Shown here: piece by piece, positions 50,945 to 61,250 of the stretch
Layout: every line of letters begins with the position of its first letter
Numbering within the stretch: position 1 is the first letter of the stretch
Assembly (NCBI GenBank): GCA_004431415.1
Contig: QPMI01000436.1
Location: 186,001-250,000 of the forward strand
Direction: 5' to 3'
Length of the DNA: 64,000 nucleotides
From: Cyanophora paradoxa CCMP329
Taxonomy: Eukaryota > Plantae > Glaucophyta
Translations under genes and position numbers: made by a program
Notes under the pieces: generated by a model
Told to the model about the DNA's origin: nothing
What the model saw: only the letters and a program-made list of their open reading frames with translations
Databases searched by the model: none

Positions 50945-51748
50945 GGGGCGCAGCGGCGGCCAATCTCTCGCTTGGTGCGCGCCTCCCCGTCCTTCAGCGC
51001 CGCGCCCCGCGCGACGAGGTGAGCGCAGGCGACCCGACTCGCGGCGCCTTCGCGGCAGGGCCGGGGCGGCCGGGGTGCAGCGGCGGCCCATGTCTCGCTT
51101 GGTGCGGGCCTCCCCGCCCTTCCCCGCCGCGCCCCGTGCGACAGGGCGGGCGCAGGTAGCTCGCCTCGCGGCGCCTTCACGGCGGGGGCGGCCGGGACGC
51201 AGCGGCGGCCCATCTATCGCTTGGTGCGCGCCTCCCCGCCCTTCACCGCCGCGCCCCGCGCGACAAGCCGAGCGCAGGCGACCCGACTCGCGGGGCGCAG
51301 CGGCGGCCCATCTCTCGCTTGGTGCGGGCCTCCCCGCCCTTCGGCGCCGCGCCTCGCGCGACGGGGCGGGCGCAGGGAGGTCGACTCGCGGCGCCCTCGC
51401 GGCGGCGGCGGCCGGGGCGCAGCGGCGGCCCATCTCTTGCTTGGTGCGCGCATCCCCACCCTTCGCCACCGCGCCCCGCGCGCCGGGGCGGGCGCAGGGA
51501 TCTCGACTCGCGGCGCCTTCGCGGCTGGGGCGACCGGAACGCAGCGGCGGCCCATCTCTCGCTTGGTGCGTGCCTCCCCGCCCTTCAGCGCCGCGCCCCG
51601 CGCGACGAGGTGAGCGCAGGCGACCCGACTCGCGGCGCCTTCGCGGCAGGGCCAGGGCGACCGGGATGCAGCGACGGCCAATCTCTCGCTTGGTGCGGGC
51701 CTCCCCGCCCTTCGGCGCCGCGCCTCGAGCGACGGGGCGGGCGCAGGG
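50945..51748. repeat. ~120-bp GC-rich tandem repeat, 7 diverged units
   Basis: Recurrent GCAGCGGCGGCCCATCTCTCGCTTGGTGCG. Confidence 0.9.
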
Positions 51749-51856
51749 AGGAGAGAACCTCGAGCTCGGAGGCCCGTTCGACACGTCCGCCTTGTGTGCA
51801 GCGGTAGTAAATGTCGACGTCGCAGGTCCTAGTCCGATCGCTGCTCCGCTCGCGGT

Positions 51857-54755
51857 ACGTGTGAGCTTGAGCTTGAGGCCCGCCCTCCCGGAGTCCCGCC
51901 CTTCCCGTTCGCGCCCCGCTGAATGCCCTCTAGATCTGCAGCATGGCGCCGCCTCCGGCCGATCTCATTTAAGCTTGCGCATGCCTGGCGCAGCTCGTGG
52001 ACGTGTGAGCTCGAGGCCCGCCCTCCGATCCCGCGCGGCCCTTCCCGTGCTAAGTGGCGCCCCGCTGACTGCCCTCTGCAGCTTGGCGCCGCCTCCGGCC
52101 GATCTCGCTTGCGCATGCCTGGCGCAGCTCGTGGACGTGTGAGCTCGAGGCCCGCCCTCCGATCCCGCGCTGCCCTTCCCGTTCTAAGTGGCGCCCCGCT
52201 GACTGCCCTCTGCAGCGCTAGCTTGGCGCCGCCTCCGGCCGATCTCGCTTGCGCATGCCTGGCGCAGCTCGTGGATGTGTGAGCTCGAGACCCGCCCTCC
52301 CGCGCTGCCCTTCCCGTGCTAAGTGGCGCCCCGCTGACTGCCCTCTGCAGCTTGGCGCCGCCTCTGGCCGATCTCGCTTGCGCATGCCTGGCGCAGCGCT
52401 AGCTCATGGACGTGTGAGCTCGAGGCCCGCCCTCCCGCGCGGCCCTTCCGGTTCTAAGTGGCGCCCCGCTGACTGCCCTCTGCAGCTTGGCGCCGCCTCT
52501 GGCCGATCTCGCTTGCGCATGCCTGGCGCAGCTCGTGGACGTGTGAGCTCGAGGCCCGCCCTCCCGCGCGCCGGCGGCCCTTCCGGTTCTAATTGGCGCC
52601 CCGCTGACTGCCCTCTGCAGCTTGGCGCCGCCTCCGGCCGATCTCGCTTGCGCATGCCTGGCGCAGCTCGTGGATGTGTGAGCTCGAGACCCGCCCTCCC
52701 GCGCTGCCCTTCCCGTGCTAAGAGGCGCCCGGCTGACTGCCCTCTGCAGCTTGGCGCCGCCTCCGGCCGATCTCGCTTGCGCATGCCTGGCACATGCGCA
52801 GCGCTAGCTCGTGGACGTGTGAGCTCGAGGCCCGCCCTCCCGCGCGGCCCTTCCCGTTCTAAGTGGCGCCCCGCTGACTGCCCTCTGCAGCTTGGCGCCG
52901 CCTCTGGCCGATCTCGCTTGCGCATGCCTGGCGCATGCGCAGCGCTAGCTCGTGGACGTGTGAGCTCGAGGCCCGCCCTCCCGCGCGCCGGCGGCTCTTC
53001 CCGTTCTAAGTGGCGCCCCGCTGACTGCCCTCTGCAGCGCTAGCTTGGCGCCGCCTCCGGCCGATCTCGCTTGCGCATGCCTGGCGCAGCTCGTGGATGT
53101 GTGAGCTCGAGACCCGCCCTCCCGCGCGGCCCTTCCCGTGCTAAGTGGCGCCCCGCTGACTGCCCTCTGCAGCTTGGCGCCGCCTCTGGCCGATCTCGCT
53201 TGCGCATGCCTGGCACATGCGCAGCGCTAGCTCGTGGACGTGTGAGCTCGAGGCCCGCCCTCCCGCGCGGCCCTTCCCGTTCTAAGTGGCGCCCCGCTGA
53301 CTGCCCTCTGCAGCTTGGCGCCGCCTCCGGCCGATCTCGCTTGCGCATGCCTGGCGCATGCGCAGCGCTAGCTCGTGGACGTGTGAGCTCGAGGCCCGCC
53401 CTCCCGCGCGCCGGCGGCTCTTCCCGTTCTAAGTGGCGCCCCGCTGACTGCCCTCTGCAGCGCTAGCTTGGCGCCGCCTCCGGCCGATCTCGCTTGCGCA
53501 TGCCTGGCGCAGCTCGTGGACGTGTGAGCTCGAGACCCGCCCTCCCGTGCGGCCCTTCCCGTTCTAAGTGGCGCCCCGCTGACTGCCCTCTGCAGCTTGG
53601 CGCCGCCTCCCGGAGTCCGGCCGATCTCGCTTGCGCATGCCTGGCGCATGCGCAGCGCTAGCTCGTGGACGTGTGAGCTCGAGGCCCGCCCTCCCGCGCG
53701 GCCCTTCCCGTTCTAAGTGGCGCCCCGCTGACTGCCCTCTGCAGCGCTAGCTTGGCGCCGCCTCCGGCCGATCTCGCTTGCGCATGCCTGGCGCAGCTCG
53801 TGGATGTGTGAGCTCGAGACCCGCCCTCCCGCGCGGCCCTTCCCGTGCTAAGTGGCGCCCCGCTGACTGCCCTCTGCAGCTTGGCGCCGCCTCTGGCCGA
53901 TCTCGCTTGCGCATGCCTGGCGCAGCGCTAGCTCGTGGACGTGTGAGCTCGAGACCCGCCCTCCCGCGCGGCCCTTCCGGTTCTAAGTGGCGCCCCGCTG
54001 ACTGCCCTCTGCAGCTTGGCGCCGCCTCTGGCCGATCTCGCTTGCGCATGCCTGGCGCAGCTCGTGGACGTGTGAGCTCGAGGCCCGCCCTCCCGCGCGC
54101 CGGCGGCCCTTCCCGTTCTAAGTGGCGCCCCGCTGACTGCCCTCTGCAGCGCTAGCTTGGCGCCGCCTCCGGCCGATCTCGCTTGCGCATGCCTGGCGCA
54201 GCTCGTGGATGTGTGAGCTCGAGACCCGCCCTCCCGCGCGGCCCTTTCCGTGCTAAGTGGCGCCCCGCTGACTGCCCTCTGCAGCTTGGCGCCGCCTCCG
54301 GCCGATCTCGCTTGCGCATGCCTGGCGCATGCGCAGCGCTAGCTCGTGGACGTGTGAGCTCGAGACCCGCCCTCCCGCGCTGCCCTTCCCGTGCTAAGAG
54401 GCGCCCGGCTGACTGCCCTCTGCAGCGCTAGCTTGGCGCCGCCTCCGGCCGATCTCGCTTGCGCATGCCTGGCACATGCGCAGCGCTAGCTCGTGGACGT
54501 GTGAGCTCGAGGCCCGCCCTCCGATCCCGCGCGGCCCTTCCCGTGCTAAGTGGCGCCCCGCTGACTGCCCTCTGCAGCGCTAGCTTGGCGCCGCCTCCGG
54601 CCGATCTCGCTTGCGCATGCCTGGCACATGCGCAGCGCTAGCTCGTGGACGTGTGAGCTCGAGGCCCGCCCTCCGATCCCGCGCGGCCCTTCCCGTGCTA
54701 AGTGGCGCCCCGCTGACTGCCCTCTGCAGCTTGGCGCCGCCTCCGGCCGATCTCG
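51857..54755. repeat. Satellite with a 129-bp core unit (~21 copies), variable mostly by 6-nt insertions
   Basis: Recurrent CCGATCTCGCTTGCGCATGCCTGG...CTAAGTGGCGCCCCGCTGACTGCCCTCTGCAG; a degenerate copy lies at ~55020-55100. Confidence 0.97.
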
Positions 54756-55778
54756 AAGTTCACCCCTGTACATGTGCGGATTAGACCGGGCTGATGTCTG
54801 ATCGGCACTTAGACGCTATTGCTGCAATTCCTTCCACTGGTGCTACCGAGTATGTATACGTAGAATAGTACTGCTGCAGTCTGATGGTTCGATTCTTGCT
54901 TGTGCATGTGCCACTGCAGCTGTGCTATGCATATGTCGTCTGTTTCAAATGTGATGTACCGCCACGTGCCGTCCCGCCTTCCAGCCAGCCCCGGAGTGAG
55001 CACCCGATCATTCCTCGCATCAGTGCAGCTCGTGTGAGGCCCGTCTTCTCGCCCTGCCCGTTCTAAGCGGCGCCCCACTGGCCGCCCTGCGCAGCTTGGA
55101 CTGGGTCGCTGCCGTGCGCCGTCCCAGCTGCCCCGCGGCCGCCCCCGCCGAGCCCATGGCCAGCCCCGCCCCGGCCCCGCCCCGCCCCGTCCCGTCCTCC
55201 CCGCGCCGCTCGCCGTGCCCCACCTCGCGATCGCTCCGCCCCGCCCCGCCTCGCCTTGCGCATGCCCCGCTCTAGATCTGCCCCGCCCCGCCTCATAATC
55301 ACCCCGCCCTGTCCGCGTGCGCGGCGCCGTATCGCACCTGCAGCTGCAGCTGCCCCTGACCGCCCTGCCCTGCCCCGCCCCGCCCCTGCGGTGCCTCCGC
55401 CCAGACATCTTGTTGAGCCTCGGAGCCGCGCCGCCACCCCCCTTGCCCCCGTAAATTCATAAACGGTCTGCGTATACGTATACGTATACGTATGCACTAT
55501 TGGGCGGCGACATCCCCCCCGTCGGCGATATAAACGTTGTGGGTATGGCACCCGGTGACCCTGGATAATAGCCAACGTCAACTGCCTTCGGAGGGTGTCG
55601 ACGTCCCCTAAACGTGCCCCGTAGCTCTTCCAAGTTTGCGTGCCCGGCCTGTGCAAATTGAATAGGGTGGTTATATAAATGCAGAGTGAATGAGCCTCGG
55701 AGTGAATCCGAGGGCCGGGCTGGTAAGAAGTCCCGAGTTATCCCAAGCTGACGTGTTGGGGCCGGGATCCTCAGCCCC

Positions 55779-58265
55779 TTACTCATCCTCATCCGCCTCC
55801 TCTAGATCTTCTTCTGATTCGAATTCTTCCTCGAGCTTTTCATTTTCGCTCTTCGGTTTCTTCTGCTTCCTGGGCCTGAGGTTGTACTTCACTCCCGCCT
55901 TCCGCTTGGTCCCGTTGACCTGCGACTCGGCGATTCCGGTCATCCTTTTTATACTATACGCAATGTACCAGCGTGTGTGCACCTCTCGCGATCGGTCAGC
56001 CGGCCCGGCGGGGAACGATGCCTTGCTGCAGCTGGCACCGCGTACAACGGCGAACGGGTTGGCCTTCAACGTCATGGGTAACTTGACGGGGCTCCCTATC
56101 CCGTTCAGCACTGGGCCATGACTAGTACTGGTCGCAGCAAGATTGCCGGTACGTATACCGGTGTTAATAGCTGCTCCTTTGCCATTGAAGAGCACTGCCC
56201 TCCATGGTTATTCCCGTAAACGACAGTAAGTGGACCCTGCTCACCCGTTCGATTGCAATTGGTGGCATTTTCGAGTGGGACCGACGCGTGCAGATGGGTG
56301 TAGGCGTCCGGAGTCTTCATGATCAGCGACTTCGTGACGAACCCTTCAGGCAGGCGCTTCCTTTTCTCCTCGTACTCAGTGAGGCCCATCACATCCGAGT
56401 AGTAGCCGAACCACAGTTCAGATGGAGCGAAGCTATAGCTGGAACTGGATCGGTCAAACTTGAACTACACGCACCACGTTCATAGTCATTGAGTCAGCCA
56501 CTTGTTGGAATTGGAAGAAATTTTAAATGCTCTCGCACCTCTGCAAATGCAACGACGATGTCTGCAGCACCGTCAACGTTGTAGTTGTCGTACAGCACGC
56601 CAAGTGACTCGAACTTGGCGTCCCTCCCGAACCGAGCAGTCACCTTACACCCTTTCTTGTCCATGCAAACGTATCCATCCTCGTCCTCCTTGATCACGCA
56701 GTTCACGTTGTCTGATTTTAATATCGATATCGGTGTACGTCGGGGCACCCCGGCCCTTGCATACCACGTTGTCACAATTGAATCAAAACACGCACATTCA
56801 CTGAACCGGTTCGAATCACACTGCTTGTTTACGTTCACGTAGTCGTGCGTAGCGGCCGTAAAATCAGAAACGATGTCATAGCGCATCATGACGAACGTGG
56901 TGCGGTCCATGTTCGCCAGTTTATGCGGCATCGATATCCCGGCGAGACAAGGATCCTGCCCTCCATTGATTAATTATTATATAATTACATCTTTAATCAA
57001 AGAGCGATTTAAAGAAGGCGAACTTACATCTTCGTGCACGGCCTCGAATGAGATGCTGCCAACGTTGCCAGAATTAATCTGAATCTCCTTGAGCAGTGTT
57101 CGATCCCGTGACAGGGGCCACGCCATCTTGTCATTCGCAGTGCCCTTCACCAAGTACCGGGCCCGTGCCGACGCTTTCATGAACAGGTACTGCAATTGTA
57201 TTATATCAGCCCCGTTAACGTTAGATTATTTGAAGTTGAACTAGATAGATTGACTTAGAGCTTACCATACCGTCCGTGCTGCAGCTTGCATTCAGCTGGT
57301 TGATAATGGTGTTCACTTGCCTAATAATATCGCCTTTAGCGGTCAATTTATCCGCATTGTTCGCCATCGCGCCGGTGAAAATCCGAACAGGGATTTTATC
57401 TCCAACCTGCGAATTATATTGCGTTCAATTGCAGAGCATTGATATCGTAATACTCATAGTCAAAACAAACATACCTCGTCTTCCAGTGTGCCTCGGACGG
57501 AATTCCCGTTACCGTTCTTCCCCGTGATTGTGTGCATGTTTGCAATCCGGACGATGCCTTCGAACTCCCTTCCTTCTTTCAAGTCCATGAAGGTGCGTGC
57601 CACAGTGATTCGCTTGCTGGGCCTGGGAGACATTAGATTATTTGAATAACCACAGACTATTGATATCTGTACATGCATATGTGTACAAGACACGTACGAT
57701 GTCAAAATGTTTCCCGTCGGTGTGCCAGCTGCAACTGCAGCTACGAGCACGGGAGTCGCGCTACGCACGTGCGTTCCGCTGATCAGCCTTCAAAATTCGT
57801 TTTCATCGATGCGTACTTATCATAATATGTCTCAAAGTCTTTATTGAAAACACGTACATGTAGCCGGCTGTATCTTCGGACGTGCGACCATTCGTGGCAT
57901 GAGCTGTCTCCCCACTGCCGGCTCCCCCATGGCCACCCACAACGCCTCCAGCTTCCAGACTGAGGACGTCACCCCCACTGTCAATCACTTTAGTTAATTG
58001 ATTGGCCCTTTAGCATCTCAATGGATGCGCCCAAGCTTAAACCCGCGCACCTGCAGCTGGCGGACGTCTTCGGCGTCACATGTACAGTTTCCGCCTGCGC
58101 CGTCACCTCAACTTCAGGCTCCTTCGGCCCTTTCGTTGCATGGCCCTTTGCGCCTGCTTTGGCCGGCGACGCTTGCACTAGAAACGTCTTCGGCGCAGTT
58201 GCGTCAGCCGGCGAAGCAGCTGGAGCTGCAGCTGCGCCTGCTGCCGCCTTGGACGAGCGCGTCAT
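55779..58265 (-). CDS. Multi-exon unknown protein with a possible N-terminal OB-fold (RPA/SSB-like), basic NLS and acidic C-terminus; may be decaying
   Basis: Clean GT-AG exons giving TFMDLKEGREFEGIVRIANMHTITGKNGNGNSVRGTLEDEVGDKIPVRIF (OB-like pattern by eye) and ending KRKAGVKYNLRPRKQKKPK...EEADEDE. At least one frame break. Confidence 0.55.
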
Positions 58266-59907
58266 GTTTGATTGCCGAATGGAGTGTGACCGTGGTTGCC
58301 GTATACGTACTATTCAAATTCTGGACTAACAGTAGCGATCACCTACGTACTAACCGCCTCACCGTAAAGGTGCCTGCTCGGACTTGATAGGTGCACTATA
58401 TATATCTATGGCACTCGCGATCGAGCTCAGGCCCCGCGGCCTTCTTACATCGATGGTTCGGCTGCTGCGGCGTACGCGTACGGTATGATGTTTCTACCAG
58501 CCTCGTCGATGTCTTCTGCGACACGCCATCGACATCTGGTGTGACGTCGACCTCGCGATTGGCGACACGCGAGGCGGCCGGCCACTTCCGGGCGTCTAAA
58601 TATCTCGCCGCCGGCGCCATGGCGGAGCGCAGCCGCCTAGTCACCGAAATCCAGACGGGGCGCCGGCTACGGACCGTCGCCAACCAGCAACGTTAACCGC
58701 GGCCGTGCCTTGACCACAATTTAATCGGGTGGCCATGGGCCGACGAGTATGCAGTCCTCGAGGTGCACGCGGCGACCACGTCCGCCACTGAGACCCTCGC
58801 GAGCGATCCGCCCTGCAGCTGCTTGCGCGTCGCAACGCCGACCGCGCGCTCGTCGAAGAGATGACCCGGGCGCGAGCCCGGCGGCCGGCTACCACCCCGT
58901 CGAGGTCGTGGATGCGTGGGACTAGTCGACTTCTCCCCTTCGATGTGCTATATGATCATGATATCGATCACACTCCCCCTCATGATCAGGATCAACTGCC
59001 GCCGGATTTTGACGCTGAGAACGAGCCACCTCTTTGCCGTCGCCGTATGGATGCTTTTAAGCTTTGGGACTTCCTGCTCAAGCTTCTGACGTTATCGATG
59101 ATGCTGCTGATGCTACCAGCTCGCCTCCGCTCTCTCCTCAAGTGATAATTGATCTCACTGACTATAGCTACGAACCTCATGCGGTACACGGTTCGTAGCT
59201 ATAGGTCACTTCTGCCTTCTTCTGGAATTGCTGCGGATCCGGATGCATATATATCATATGTCATTCAGGATGATCTTGACTTTCAGGCCTGCTCAGCGGC
59301 TTTCAATGACTCCTTCGTCATCTGTCGTTGCTTTCTTTATTCCTATGGTCACTATCCCTGATTTGCCCCCTATAGCTAGGCCTGACGTCTCCTTCAAGCG
59401 CCGTCGGCCCCCTTCTCCTGATCCTCCTGGTTCGCAGCTTTTTCGAATTCCGAGGTTTCCGAAGTTCGAAGTTGCCTGACACGATTGAAATGTCGCTTGC
59501 TGATCAGCCTAGCTCCTGTGCGTTGCAAGGCTACGTTTTCGTATTCCAGCTCTACTAGATCGGCATCGCAGCTTGTGTATATATAATCGTGGCCCGGCCG
59601 CGATTTTCGCGCCGGGGGTGCAAGGGGGGAATGGGGATCTAATGAAAGAGTCCGAGTGCCGCAGTGCCACGCACATACGCATGCGCGCGGCAGAACGACC
59701 CCGGCTCAGTGCGCGCGGCAGGTCGAGGCTTGAAGATAAACATTGATTATGATTGAAAGAATAGAAAAGGTCCGATAAGCACACGCTGTGAAAAAAAGAC
59801 TAAATAAAAGACTAAATGAAAGGCCAGACTCAGCGCACACTATATCAGCGAAAAAACGGCTGCGCATCAACTCTGTTCGCACGTCCTACCGGTAACCCTG
59901 ATCAGCG

Positions 59908-61250
59908 CTAGCTGGCTAAAAGATGATGGCCATGGTGCTGTCTGCAGAGGGCTCGCCGTAAACATAGGCGATGCAGGCCTTCTGGAGGGGATCGGGGCGG
60001 AAGTCGATCTTGGGGGCACATGAGTACATCGAGTTGGTTCAGCCCTAGGCCTGCATCAGAGAAGTTACCTCGGGCGTGTGCAGCCTCGTGCTGGCGGGGC
60101 TGCGTGCATGCACCTGCTACGTCGCCCTGTTCATGAGCCGGCGGCACAGTAGTACTGCTGCTGGATGATGCATTGTCCACTTGAAAGTCTCCATGGGCGC
60201 TCGCACCTGGTCCTGGGCAGGAAATGACGTCAGATTCGTCTATACCTCGCGCACTATCCAGACTTGAAGGGACAGCACTGGCGCTGTCCCACCGCGAGCC
60301 ATCGGAGGTCAGTTGCTTCACACCGGCTGATCCACCATCGCTGCCGCCGAGTATACATGCGCCCCCCTCCAAGCCTGCCGCCGACCCGATGTTGTCAGTC
60401 GCTTCGTTCGAGCGGGGTTCCGCGCAGGCACCTGCGATGTCGCCTTGAGCCGGCGCGACCGCAGGCTTGCTGCTGGATGCAGTCTTGCCGACATGTAATA
60501 CTCTCAGGGCGCTCGTCCCGGTCCCCGTGCCTGCGCAGTCATAGAGACTGTGGCCGGTAATTCACCAAAAAAAAAAGTGCCTGCGCAGTCAATTAAGCTG
60601 AGATCGATTTTTATACATATATAACTCGCGCGGCTAATATAACCCACCATCGGATCGGATATCGGATGCCCTCTTATCTACGTAACGCGACGCAACATAT
60701 GTTGGTGAGTACTACGGTACGGTTTCTTCAATCCCTGCTTCTGCACTCTCACCTCCGTCGCCTTCCGCGGGGCCCTTTGCCGTCGCCGCCGCGCGCGCCG
60801 TCCCTCCCGTGTACATTGCAATTTCTGCCGAGTCCAGATCAATCACTGCTCGGTTGCAGTCAGCGTCAGGACGCGGCGCTCGCTTAGTCTACAGTATCAC
60901 CTCCGGATCCGTCGCCGGCAACGCCTGAATTGCTCGTGTCTGGTCAACGCCAGCACGTGAACGCGCGCTGCGCTTCCGTGGCACTCTCACCCGATTGAGC
61001 CGCTCCTGCCGTACTGTTCCCTTCCATGTCACTTTCGGCCGCGCCACTGCCCTCATCGTCTTGTGCGAGCGGCTCGGTACGATCGTCGCCGGTGTGCGGC
61101 GCACCACAGTGCACCTAGTGCTGCGGCTGTCAGCTGGTTCCCTGTGGTGATGCTGTGCACACGACGCTCCGGTCTTCAGCTATCTGACCTGCTCGCGCCT
61201 GGCGTCGTACGCGCTTATTTCAACGTGTACCCCCTCGACCAGCTGACCTG
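59908..61250 (-). pseudogene. Degenerate low-complexity (G/S/A/D-rich) coding-like exons, unknown product
   Basis: An open frame of ~200 codons follows a CAG acceptor near 60530; an upstream acidic frame has internal stops. Confidence 0.3.

Noticed and set aside
50783-54773. Repetitive ORFs and a superficially CRISPR-like periodicity
   Set aside because: Whole units repeat with no unique spacers, there are no cas genes, and the context is eukaryotic; this is satellite DNA.
58619-59479. Possible plus-strand gene divergent from 58265
   Set aside because: An ATG in good context exists, but frames are short and interrupted and no consistent exon chain was found.
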